Position numbers and translations under genes: made by a program
Part shown: piece after piece, positions 22,678 to 34,879 of the stretch
How the letters are laid out: every line of letters begins with the position of its first letter
Position numbering within the stretch: the stretch's first letter is position 1
The notes under the pieces: model-generated
Seen by the model: only the letters and a program-made list of their open reading frames with translations
Databases searched by the model: none
Told to the model about the DNA's origin: nothing
From: Podarcis liolepis
Taxonomy: Eukaryota
Direction: 5' to 3' (one strand)
DNA: 64,000 bases
NCBI GenBank assembly: GCA_965112155.1
Contig: OZ218103.1

Positions 22678-25600
22678 GTCCCCTGCCTGTACCTGGAACC
22701 CTGGAGACCTACTGCTAATGATCTTACATAGCGGCAGCTTTCTACATTCCCAAGGTTGAATGAATGAATTATAATAGTTAAGAGTGAAAAAATATATGCA
22801 TGCATGTTTGTGTGAGACAGAGACCCGCAGAAAAACTGAGTGGATTTTTTTGGGGGGGAGGGAAGGGAGAAAGTTCTCTCTATTATCAGTGTTGAGCCTT
22901 GCAACATAGTTGTGTTTTTGAGGGGAAGGGATAGGAAAGTGGAAAAAGAGCAGAATGTAAGTCCAGCTGGCAAATGGGTGCTGAGGATGGGAGCACACAA
23001 TGCCATCTTGGGTATCAGTGAAAGTTGTTACACAGGAAGAACTTCCACGGATAAAACTGTCCTTCTCATCAACTGAACTTCAGGACACAGGAGCTCCTTG
23101 AAACTGCCTGAAGTTTGCCCAGATTTCACAGACAGCTTTGGAAGGGTACAGAGGACAGCAGCTTATGTTTGATTTATTAATCCTTTGCGGTAATAGAGGC
23201 CCTCACAGAGACATGCCTTCCCTGGCCTCACAAAATGCTCTTCATGAATTTTCATGGGTTTCAATGCCTATACTGGTAGCAAGCTTGACAAAATTATAGG
23301 GTTTCGGGTTATGAAATGGGTGAAGAGGAACTTGCGACCTATCTGTGGTTTGATGCATGGATCAGAGGCAATGACTTGAAATAATTTAAAACTCCCCTAA
23401 CTGCACGAATAAAGAGTGCAGGTAAATCAACTCCCATCTAATTTTCTCTGTGCAAATTACTAGTCATTCCCTATATGACCACAATCCGTTAATGGCGAAA
23501 GCTACGGCGAGGAACTGGTTGCTATACCTTTGTACTGATGTGCCTTGCATGAGTAATGAAGTGTGTACAATGCATAGTGCACCTTAACACACAGCGCTGG
23601 GAGCACGGAGATGTTTATTTATTTATGTAATATATTAAATCTCGTCTTCTGGACACTTTTTGTCTCCCAAAGCATCTCACATCTTTTTTCTTTTTAATGA
23701 GAGGCAGTCCCTGACACTTGAGATGTATATTTTTATGACCCACCTTAATTATGTTATTTTAACACCCCATACACCAAAATTGGATAGAGGGGCAGTATAT
23801 AAATGCCTTAAGTAAATAAATAGAGTGCTCCAGTTCATAGGTTGAAACCCCATGTACACTTACTCAAGAGTGCACTGTTAGTGTGGCATTATGGTGGACC
23901 ACTTACTGGAGACCAGGGTCCAAATCCCCTTTCAGAAAATGAAGTTCACTGGGTCTCTCAGCCTAGCCTAACTCATGTTGTTGTTGTGAGAATAAAAAAG
24001 GGATGGGGAGAACTTTGTTTGCCACCTTGAGCTCCTTGGAGGAAAGGTGAGCTATAGATGTAGTAGTGAATTAACAATTATTTTACTTTAGACAGGTATA
24101 GGACCAAGCTGGGAAAGAAAACAGAAAGCGTTTTTTTGTGGAGTCACTAAGTTATCACCAAAGACCAATGCCTACCTGTTGTTTGATAGCAAATGGGATT
24201 CAAAGAAACATAGGGAACACTACAGATGCAATTTGCTTATCCCCACAGGATATCAAATGGAGAAAAGACACACAGCATCCTCTTTGATTAATGTATGCCC
24301 AAGGTCATACATGCAACTCTAGCAGTCAATAGCAATCAGATTAGTGTGATGTATTATTCAGCGTTTATGGTAGCAAATTTTTTATTAGTGGCTGCAAAGT
24401 AACCTGGAGTCTCCTGTAGTATTCTCTAAAGTGCTGCCTGATGTTGACATACAACTGAGATGTTTGCACAAAAGCTGTAGGTGAAGAACACTCCTCCTGG
24501 CAGCAGTAGAGTTGGTGCTCTTTCTGAGGATGCCAGATTGATTAGCCCTAATTGTCCTTTCATCAATTAATAATTGTAGCTATTGGCTCCCAAGCATTGC
24601 TTATTTAAAGGGAAGATAGTGAATTAATAATTAATTAAAATAAAACACTCTAAGCTTACAGAAAGACAAGGGTGGTGCATATCGAATCAACAAGTTACAT
24701 ACTGGGTTGACTAGAAAGTTGTTCCGCTTTGTTTCAAATGGGCACAGAAAATTTTCCACCTTATGAAACCAGGAAGCAAGCTTCTCTCTTCCCATTGAAA
24801 TATGCTATCATAGATTAACGATGTGGAAACCTCAATTCAAATTGGGTTTGGGACATTAATAGCTTTCACCTTGAGTGGTGAGTGGAATCCAATTGGTGTT
24901 GGTTCACTGATGGAAGATATCTTGTCAGTGGAAGAAGGAGGAAGGGCCCTTTCAGCAATTCCTTTCCCATCCTGTACCCCTTCCTCCAGTTGCTCCTTGC
25001 CCTAGATGGTTTGGGACTCCTCTGGAGCAGATTTATGTGGGGGATGTAAGAAGTTTCAGGGAAAGGATAAATTGCCAAAAATGGTTTCCTTCCATGTCCT
25101 GCTGATGGATGCCTTCCGTCTGTGGAGCAACAGGCACTGAATTTCACCCAGCACTGGGTGGGAAGGGATATTGTCTTTTTTGAGAGTGGGTCCTTGACAG
25201 ATGTGGCAACTACAGGGATTGGTGATTGGGAAGCCACAGTCTTCTAGCTGTGGGGAGGATACTGGTTTAAGTGAAATACAGCTATCAGGGAGGGCAACTT
25301 ATTTATTGAGGTTGAGTCCGGGTTCAAATAATCAAGTTCTGACCATGTGTTGACACCTAATATTGGACGTGTTTGTTGGGATTGATGAGTGCTGACAGCA
25401 AAGCTGTAAAAGTGGGACACTACCTTCAAATATATCCCTTGGTTACAAATGGAGCAAAAGTTTCATAGAAAGGGTGCCTGACTCGTAATAAAAATGTGTA
25501 TTAATAGCAGTGAAAAATCATACCCTGCACTAATTCTTTTGCAGACTTTGTCAAAATCCCTGCTCTTCTGCCCTCAAACTTCCCCCTCCATTTTCTTCTT

Positions 25601-26371
25601 CAGCTCTTCCTCTTTTCTCTTCCTTTTATTTCCCATAATTAGCTGAAGAGGAATTGCCTGATTCCTGGGCAACACACAAATACCAACATCACCTGTGCAA
25701 TGCCATTTATACCATTTGCAGTATGAATGTTTGGAAAAAGTCCTTATGTTAGATTTCTGAACAGTTTCTGAGAGAGAAAGGGCTTTCTCAGAACCACAGT
25801 TCCCAAAGGTACCACAGGAGAAACCATGGAAGTTTGTCAAGGGATGCCAAGGGATTTAAATCACCAGGTGTTTTACATTTTTGAATCTTACATTTGCACA
25901 ATTAAGCATGTTGACATGTATATACATATGCACTCCACCCTCGAACAATGTAAAGTATATACATTCCCAAGGAGATGGAACCACCATCCCCTTCAAACAT
26001 TCAGCCCAGAGTAGATACTTTAAAATATTATCTGTTTGTTCCATTCCAGCCTCCTTTCTTTGTGGAACAAGCTTGTCTTTTACAGATGTGTTTTTAAAAA
26101 CCAATGTTCCCCATGCTGGTGTATCTGATAGGGAAAGTTATTTTGCTTTGACATCACCCAGTGGCTTTTGTTTTGAAAGAATGAGGAATGGATATTCATA
26201 AGATGAAATCTTACATTAATTGTGCTGCAAGAATTAGGGCTAAGGGAAGAGATGAGTGAGAGGAGCAAATGAGCAGACGTCAGCTGTGGACTCTCTGAAA
26301 GGGTGTAATTAAATGAACAAGGGCTAGACCAGGCAGGGTGTAAAGGAAACCCTTTGTAATAAAGACTAAGT

Positions 26372-26390
26372 CTTCTCCCTCTAGTGGTGT
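26372..26390 (-). promoter_or_regulatory. Candidate CTCF site
   Basis: Minus strand CACCACTAGAGGGAGA resembles the core CCASYAGRKGGC; motif match only. Confidence 0.4.
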
Positions 26391-26624
26391 TATTGATTTA
26401 AAAGAGAAGACCCATCAAACCTTTATAGCATCTGATCAAAATTTGTTCCACGGTAAATTATTTTATACAAGTCTGAAAGTCTTACGTGAAAAAACTAATT
26501 CTTTTTAATTGCATTCAGATATAAAGCAGCCTCTGATGGATTTAAAATGTATTTTAAAGGCCATAAATAGAAGATAGCAGATTGGCTTTGAACGCATCTC
26601 GTTAGGAGAAACTGCCAATCAGAG

Positions 26625-27065
26625 TGTCTTGGGGCAGTTGTTGGATCTGCTCTTATTTAATAATGACATTAATGATCTGGAAGAAGAAAGTAAATGGTAT
26701 GTTAATTAAACCCACAGATCATCCTAAAAAATGAGAGGTGTTGCAAATACTGGTGGGGATAGATATATGAGAGATGAATCTATGATGGATTATCATAATA
26801 TAGAAAATAATATAATACAGCAAATAATAAAGAGTAATTCATCCCAGAAAGATTAATCTGTCTTGCCTTCCAAAGATGAATTTGTAATTTTTTTTTAAAA
26901 AGGTACAAACTTATCCGGAAGCAGAGAACTGTATTTACTTAAAGCAGAGCTGGATGAAACTAGTGCTGGGGTGAATGTTTGCAACGCTCAATGGTACTCT
27001 ATGAAGGGTCAAACTGTGCTGTGAACTGAATGCTGTAGCTAGTGTAACCCACTAGGATGTAGAAA
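26625..27065 (+). mobile_element. Ancient CR1 (L3-like) RT fragment
   Basis: Frameshifted peptides LLLFNNDINDLEE, MLIKPTDHPK (cf. MLIKFADDTK) and RGVANTGGDR. Confidence 0.65.
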
Positions 27066-27334
27066 TCGCAACCTTATTTTTTGGGTAGCCCCATCTTGCT
27101 TCCCAGCTGATAGACACTCAAAACTACTTAAGCATCACTAAAAAAGTGAGGAAGAGAGAGGACACAGGTATGAATATACTCATTTATACTAATTTTATAG
27201 AGGACCATCATCTGTAAAGAATGGTCACCCTACCTGAGTTTGTTGCTAACATTATACTGAATCATAGATTTGAGCCCATCTAGCTCAGAGGGTTGCAGAG
27301 AGATGTATTTCCCTGGATTTGACTATGAGTTTGT

Positions 27335-27730
27335 GGGTGCCAGACTCCTCTAAATTCCTGGATCCAGTAAGTGTTAGATTATAATCAAGGCTTGGGGGTG
27401 TTAAACTGGGTGCAAGACACTTAATCCCGGGATCCAGCAAGTATTAAGAGAACAAAGGGAAAGGTGATGGGCCATTAAGAAACCAAAAGAGAGGGGGTTT
27501 GGGGTCGGATGCAAAATGGGCAGGATCACTCCTCCAGCTCTTAGATAGTGAGGACAAAAAGCCAGAATTTAGAGTGGAAAGTCTGGGTGGTGTTAGAAGT
27601 AAAGCTGCAGGCTAGAAAGCCAGAGAGGGAGAGCACAACGTTTGACTTCTGTTTGTATTCAAGGCTGCTGCTGTGACCCCTTCCATTTCAGGCTCAGGTT
27701 TTATATATGTGCAAATAAACCATATATGAA
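27335..27730. mobile_element. Unclassified interspersed repeat, LTR-like; second copy at about 61990-62390
   Basis: Shared GGGTGCCAGAC.CCTCTAA..CCTGGATCCAG, AAGCCAGAATTTAGA, AGAAGTAAAGC and GCTGTGA..CCC..CCA..CAGGCTCAG blocks. Confidence 0.6.
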
Positions 27731-29320
27731 GAAACACCAAAATTTCTTCTGCGAGTCTCATCCCCCAAAGGAAAGATTGGGGTGGCGGGCAACAATATAT
27801 GAATGCAGGAGTCCAGGAATTGGGGTGGGGCAAGTGGGGCCGCAAGCTCCCTATTTGGGAGTGTGCTTATGCCTCCTGTCACCACCCATGGTCAACATCC
27901 TTGCCACCTTGCACCTCCCCCTGCTCCCCATAGACAGCAACACCCCACCTTCCAGGAAGGTAAGGGAGTGGTTCAAACCCTCCCCCAAATTTCTTCTTGG
28001 TAAGCAGCTTCTGCTGTAAAGTGCCCCTGAACTGTTGTTTGGGGAGAAAAGAGGCATTTTTCTTTTTTTTAATCAAGTGCCAGAGTTTGAGTTGGTCCTG
28101 GGAATTTCCCTGCCTCTTTTATTAAGTTTGCTTTATTTCTGCTCTGTTGTTGTACCTTTCTGCCCTCTGCTAAGTGTACCAGAATCTTATTGACATTTTA
28201 ATATTAAATTACTATGACAAGAAGATATTCCATTTGCTAAGTAATTTGTTTTACTATGAGGAAAATTGGAAGCTGCAGAAAAAACCATTATGAAAGATTA
28301 AGATGGTAGAGTGATTCTGACTGATACAATATGAATTATTATTTTGTCTGCTGCACACCTCTGTGCGCTAATATAAGTTTTTAAATGACAAAGCTAATGA
28401 CTAAGAAGAATAAATCTTTTTCGGTCAAAACATATAACGCATAAAAATGAAATTCAAGGAGAGTTAGAAGTTGGATGCAAAAACACCACCAAATTAAAGA
28501 ACAAGCATCCAGGAGAATTGTTTATAAATGCTATTGCATTTAAATTTTATTTGCGGTTATCAGTGTCTATTTCAACATGATTCCAATGAAGTCACTTTCA
28601 GGTTTATGATATGCTAATCGAATTTGGTTTCTTGCTATTCATTCAGATCTAACAAAAATACAGATCAAGAATCAGTGGGGGGCTTTTTCTACATTAGGGA
28701 TTAACTGCTACCAGGCCCTGATGCCTGTGAATAGTAAATTGCTGCATGTTACTAATGGCCAAAGATCAGCATGGTAGCATATTGTCTGGTGTTCAGTCAA
28801 TGACTTGAAAAGAAGGGCAAGAAACCTTGTGTGCTACATAGTTAAGGAAGGAAATTTCTATTGGGAGGATTCCCCCCCCTCCCATTTTGCTCTAAAGGAC
28901 ATAGAGCTTGACCCAGATTAGTTGCATGGAAACAGAGAGCTGTTCAAAGCAGTAGTTTGTATCCTAACTTCCATTCTGGGAACAAAACACAGTTCAAGGA
29001 ATGCAGCTTTCAGTCCTTCCTGTTCCTGCTTCTGCCCACTCTGTCCCACAAGAAGCTGCTGCTGGAGCTTGGAGGACCCTCACAAATGATGCAGTGCACA
29101 CACACTGCATTGATCATATGATGCAGTGCACACACACCATTTGAATGGGAATGCCAATCAACTTTGTGAGGGCCTGGCCCCCTCAAATGTTTTATTGTGG
29201 CAGCTGAAGCCCACATGGCTCCTATGATCTAGATTTCTGACTGATTCAATGTTTAAATATCAATCAGTCGTATACCATCTTTCATACCAATCTCAATTTT
29301 TATTGCATCAAACATATGCA

Positions 29321-29506
29321 CACAGAAGCCAACTCCTAGGGGTCGAGGTTCCTTCAGCCCCCACAATAAAATATTTGAGGGGGCTGAGTCCTCCACCGAA
29401 GTTGATGGACATTGCCATTCAAATGGTTTGTGTGTGGTTGTGATTGATGAAGCAGGACAGGGCTTACTTGGGCCTCCACAGTATTTTATTCAAGTTGGCA
29501 CCCCTA
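29321..29506. mobile_element. hAT-type MITE; inverted related fragment at about 29105-29226
   Basis: Perfect 8-bp TSD CATATGCA; homologous to the element at 56919. Confidence 0.85.
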
Positions 29507-30964
29507 CATATGCATAGTGAATGAAATATCAGTATGAGTGAGAGGTGTTGCAGAGAAGAATGAACATGAGACTCAAACTGATGCTTAAGTGAGTTGTACA
29601 TTGTATCAAAAGGTTCCAAACTCTTGGGTTGTGGTTGTGTAGCCCAGGAACCTCTGAGGGGGAGAAATGGAATTGAGGCAAGAGCTTACATCAATGCAAG
29701 TTTGGTGCCAACTGCAAAACACCTTTATTATTGGAAGTGTTCAATGATTATCAATACCAGTTGGACCTAGTAGCTGCTGCTCTACTCAGAATTTTGTAAT
29801 TTTATTGCTTTCCCCCTTTTTAAAATTAAAATAAATGTTATTATGTGTGAAAGGGAGTATATAAATATTTAAATAAATAAATAATAATTTTTAGAAAAAG
29901 AAAAAATAAAGAATTTTGTGCAACTAATGAAATATATCAATGAACACTCACCATTTGTTATGGGTTAGAGTTATGAAGAGGCTTTTGATAGCAACCAAAA
30001 ATCTCAGGTGCTCATTAATAAGAATGCCAGTTATGGAATTGTTTTGGTATAAAGTTCTTGCTTGGGCAGAAAGGTGCAGGACCTTTGATGCTGAAGCTTC
30101 ACTTGCTCTCTGTAAGTGATCTTGGGGTTCTTTCATCAGGCTTTAAACAAGATGGTTCTCTGTCAGTATAAAGAAACTAAGCTTTCATATCAGATTCCAT
30201 TAATGAACCAGGAAAAGAAAAGACAGGCTTCAATAACTCTTCAGCTGGAGTGTCACAAATACATATGACTCTGAACTCAGGGCCAAGTGATGTGATCTGA
30301 ACTAAAAAAAAACCTCATTGACTTGGAACTGAACCTGAATTAAAGCAGACATTCAGGTGACTGAAAATAAGCTCTTTGGATGCTAGACATGTCCTTGGTC
30401 TAGACCAGTTTTATGTCATCTGAGACCTCTTTCCCCAGGATAAAGGAAACAAAGATGCTACTTGATCAGCCTTGGATAATTGCTTCTGAAGAATGTACAA
30501 AGCTTTCCAGAATTTACTCAGGAACTACACAGGAATTATTTAAACAGAGGTACTTTCAGAGGGCAGGAATTCACGGCGGATTCCCTCTTGGTTATAGCAT
30601 AGTGTGGTGTTGGGGTAATTAAACTTCATTTGGGATAATTGCAAAATTTGTCCCACTCAGTTCAGAATGAAGAAAGGCCCTTTCTAGCTTCTATTCACCT
30701 TTTCTTGTCGTTGAAGACAATACGTTCCTATGGGCCAGGCTCAACTGAATAGTTGAGCTAGTAGGAGCTGTTGCAATAACTCCTGCTAGTGCAACAGCAG
30801 GGCTGATGGCAGTTTTGGTGCAAAACATCTGGGGGGCAGCAGGTTGGAGGAAGGCTAGACTAGCACTTAACAAGGACAAGGGCTCAGTAAATGGACACTA
30901 AATTTGGGGAAATGTATTGAAGGGATGACATGGTTTGACATTCAATGGTAAGGATGAGACGCCT

Positions 30965-31110
30965 TGGTGACAGATAAATGTTCAATTAGGATCTGTGGTA
31001 TTGGGCATTACGTGCTATATTAACATTTATTATATTCCTATTGATCGTGTCATCTCCCAATTTGGCAAAAACCCATAACTGTATAACACAGCTAACAATA
31101 TCCTAACAGA
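30965..31110 (+). mobile_element. Ancient L2-like RT fragment
   Basis: Translation NVQLGSVVLGITCYINIYYIPIDRVISQFG resembles GVPQGSVLGPLLFNIYMxPLxxVIxxFG. Confidence 0.5.
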
Positions 31111-31736
31111 CTTATCTTACTGGAACACTAGGATTTGTTCTTTGAGTCTGCTGAGGGCTTTTGCTCATTCAGCATTCAGGACACTGAAAATCCTTATATT
31201 ATTGGGATTAGCTGCATTCTTAATGTGATTTTTTTTAATCATTAGCTTTTTAATTGTAATTTCCCCACCTTCTTATTTTATGCATGAGTTTTAATGACTC
31301 AAATCTGCCATAGACACCACTATTGGCTGAAAGCAATAAAACCTTTTTATGTCCACTTTCACAGTATTAGCATTCCTATGCGTTTGGGGACATAACTGAA
31401 TTTGTAAAACTTTTTTTTTTTTTGTATCACTTGCACAACTACATAGATAAATGGATGTGGTGCAGAGGATGAGCTTAGGAAAAAAATCGCAATGCCCTTG
31501 GCCTTCTCAACAACATGGCAGCTCATATCTTTCTTTAGGTGCAGGCAATTTCCCTGGGTCTTACACATGTAGTGCCACATCAGCAGTGATAACATTGATA
31601 GATAGGTCTTGCTACATGGTTGCCAATGTGCTTTTTTGTCCAAAATCCCACTAACCTGAGCTCTATAAACCTAATGGGGAAATTAATCAAACTCCACTAT
31701 GATTATGCCCTTTTGCCATGAATTAACTAGAGTAAT

Positions 31737-32097
31737 GGGACGTGGGTGACGTTGTGGGTAAAAGCCTCAGCACCTAGGGCTTGCCGATCGAAAGGTCGGT
31801 GGTTTGAATCCCCGCGGCGGGGTGCGCTCCCGTTGGTCGGTCCCAGCGCTTGCCAACCTAGCAGTTCGAAAGCACCCCCGGGTGCAAGTAGATAAATAGG
31901 GACCACTTACTGGCGGGAAGGTAAACGGCGTTTCTGTGTGCTGCGCTGGCTCGCCAGATGCAGCATTGTCACGCTGGCCACGTGACCCGGAAGTGTCTTT
32001 GGACAGTGCTGGCCCCCGGCCTCTTAAGTGAGATGGGCGCACAACCCTAGAGTCTGTCAAGACTGGCCCGTACGGGCAGGGGTACCTTTACCTTTTT
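31737..32097 (+). mobile_element. Sauria SINE, full length, CpG-rich
   Basis: tRNA head, core, (ACCTTT)n tail; TSD TTAACTAGAG(T/G)AA. Confidence 0.95.
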
Positions 32098-32560
32098 TTA
32101 ACTAGAGGAAACACATCTTGGAAACACAAAATGAAGTTGGTAACTAGTACATCACCAATTAGACCCTGTTTTACAAGTAGAATCCAGCAATAGCTTGCCT
32201 GGTGGGGCAGAGCCATGACAATAGCTTCCTGGCAGTAGAGTCACTGTAACATACTGGGAGGAAGAAAGGCAAGGCAAGAATGAGGTCAAGGCTCTGTGGA
32301 AGCACTGGTGGAAGCAGCCTAGACACCACCCCATCTTTCCCCTACCTGGTAAACTTTAGCAATTCCATTACCAGATGTGCTGCAGTTTTGCTCCACTGAG
32401 TGAGCCACTCCTGGTGGAATCAGCTATTTCTGCACCCAATCCTCCCCTCTCCCCAAAAGCCATTGGTTCATTCTCCCCTCTTTGATGGGAGGAGTGAGTG
32501 ACCAGGTCAGACAGACAGTCTGAGGGAGGCACCAATTGCTTCTGACTGACTCTCATCCTG

Positions 32561-34036
32561 CTTGGGCTGTGCGGATCAGCTGGCGAGGGTCTTTACTAAG
32601 ATCTTCAATAAGTCCTTACACCAGTCTATTGTCCCACCCTGCCTGAAGTCGTCAACTATTGTCCCTCTGCCTAAAAAATCCACAATCAGTAGTTTGAATG
32701 ACTATAGACCAGTTGCACTGACTCCAATCATCATGAAGTGTTTTGAGAAACTGGTGCGCCGTCACATTATTTCCTGTCTTCCATCAACTTTTGACAACTA
32801 CCAGTTTGCATACAGAGCAAATAGATCCACAGAAGACGCCATCAATACCACTCTCCATGCTGCTCTGTCCCATCTGGAGCAGCCGGGGAGTTATGTGAGG
32901 CTGCTGTTTGTGGATTTTAGCTCTGCTTTTAACACTATCCTCCCCCATAGACTGGTGTCCAAGCTAGAGGCGATTGGACTCTCCAACTCCACCTGTCTCT
33001 GGGTTTTGGATTTTTTGTCAGAACGTTCCCAGAGGGTTAGAGTAGGGTCACACATGTCCACAGCCCTTAGCCTTAACACCGGCTCACCACAGGGTTGTGT
33101 GTTGAGTCCCCTGCTCTACACTCTCTATACGTATGACTGTACAGCCATCTATTCCAGCAACAAAATCATCAAGTTTGCTGATGACACTACGGTGGTAGGG
33201 CTCATTTCAGGAGGGGATGAGTCCGCCTATCGGGACGAGGTGGAGCGGCTCTGTGTTTGGTGTGGAGAGAACAATCTGGCTCTTAATACGGCTAAGACCA
33301 AGGAACTGGTGGTGGATTACAGGAAAAAAAAGGCAGACATTCAGCCCTTGTATATCAACGGGGAACGGGTGGAGAGGGTGGCGGAATTCAGGTTTTTGGG
33401 AGTAGCTATCGATCAGGGCATGACTTGGAGCGCACATACCACTGCTCTGGTGAAGAAGGCCCAGCAGAGAATTTATTTCCTCAGACTTTTAAAGAAGAAC
33501 AATCTGAGTGAGAGACTGCTGGTGTCCTTCTACCGAGGCTCCATAGAGAGCATTCTTACATACTGTATTTGTGCTTGGTTCTCCAGTTGTACAGCTAGGG
33601 AGAGGAAGGTGCTCCAGAAGGTCATAACCACAGCCCAAAGGATTATTGGTCATCCTCTCCCATCTTTGGAAGAACTGTACGGTTCCCGTTGTCTTAGGAA
33701 AGCAAATAACATCCTGCAGGATTCATCTCACCCGGGACACGGTCTGTTTGCACTACTGCCTTCTGGCAGGAGATATAGAAGCATCAAGTCAAAGACAAAT
33801 AGACTGAAAAACAGTTTCTATCCAAGAGCTGTGGCCTTTTTGAATGCTGTAACTCGATAGTGTGACCTGGGAGTTTGATGGGTGTGGTGTGGGTGTGGCT
33901 GGAATGTGGTTTGTTTGGTTGTTGTTGTTGTTTTGCTTTTGTTGTTTTAAGGGATGGCATCCAATTTCGTTGCACTTTGTGCAATGTTGCACTTGTGTAA
34001 TGACAATAAAGAATCTATTCTATTCTATTCTATTCT
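32561..34036 (+). mobile_element. Rex1/Babar non-LTR retrotransposon, 5'-truncated, young
   Basis: Uninterrupted RT frame; 3' hairpin TTGCAC-TTT-GTGCAA; AATAAA at 34005; (CTATT)n tail; possible TSD TCCTG (32556-32560 / 34037-34041). Confidence 0.92.
32562..33860 (+). CDS. Rex1/Babar reverse transcriptase, partial ORF lacking the N-terminal endonuclease (TE-encoded)
   Basis: 432-codon open frame with [33 protein letters not shown] and FLGV motifs, plus C-terminal [11 protein letters not shown]; the TTG start is the truncation point. Confidence 0.9.
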   Translation: MGCADQLARVFTKIFNKSLHQSIVPPCLKSSTIVPLPKKSTISSLNDYRPVALTPIIMKCFEKLVRRHIISCLPSTFDNYQFAYRANRSTEDAINTTLHAALSHLEQPGSYVRLLFVDFSSAFNTILPHRLVSKLEAIGLSNSTCLWVLDFLSERSQRVRVGSHMSTALSLNTGSPQGCVLSPLLYTLYTYDCTAIYSSNKIIKFADDTTVVGLISGGDESAYRDEVERLCVWCGENNLALNTAKTKELVVDYRKKKADIQPLYINGERVERVAEFRFLGVAIDQGMTWSAHTTALVKKAQQRIYFLRLLKKNNLSERLLVSFYRGSIESILTYCICAWFSSCTARERKVLQKVITTAQRIIGHPLPSLEELYGSRCLRKANNILQDSSHPGHGLFALLPSGRRYRSIKSKTNRLKNSFYPRAVAFLNAVTR

Positions 34037-34489
34037 TCCTGGCTAGCAGCAGTTGTTTCTGCCTGTCCATCCTTCATTATAAACATCCGACGACAAGGGT
34101 ACATCAATAAGAATATAAAAATACAACGTCATACAACATAATAAAAAAAGCTATTGCAGAGTTATGAATGCAATAAAACATAGCTCAATAGCAATTTTCA
34201 TACCAGTACTGGAGACTAAATATCTCATATATAAGGCTACCTAATTATGCTGCAGCTAATAAGCAGAGGCAGCCTCAGCATAAATGGATGCTTTTAATTG
34301 GTGCCAAAATGCACAGAGCAATGGCTTAAACTTTAGGCAGGGATGGGAACTTGTGGCCCTCCAGATGTTATTGCACTCCAACTCCCATCAGCCTCAGCCA
34401 ACATGGCCAATAGTGAGAGATGATGGGAGCTGGAGTCCAAGGATATCTGGACAGCCACAGTCTTCCCATCACAGGTCTATCGATTTAGA

Positions 34490-34879
34490 ACAGTGGTTTG
34501 CAGAAGGTCATAGTTCAGAGGCTGCAGAGGGGAGAAACTGGGAAATATTGGGAGAGCAGCAGGAAGCAGCAGCAGCAGGGGAGAGACAGCTGACAGACTC
34601 AGTGTCTCAAGAAAGCATTCCTGACCTGCCCCCTTCTCCTAGGACCAGGCGTGCATTGAGAGTAGCAGAATAGAAAGCTCAGAGGCAGAAAGCACAGATA
34701 GCCGGCACAAGAGTTACGTAGAATAGAAGAGACTGAGGGGGTGAGACTTTACTTGGAGCAATGCCATTCAAAGGGAGACTGCTGTGAATATTGAATAAAC
34801 TATTTTGGTAATAACTCTTCTTGTTTTTGTGTTTCCTGGCTGCCACCTTGGGAGAGATAGTGTTTCCTGAAGCCTGACA
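34490..34879 (+). mobile_element. Probable solo LTR, 5' end unclear
   Basis: Purine-rich U3, AATAAA at about 34794, TGACA end. Confidence 0.5.
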
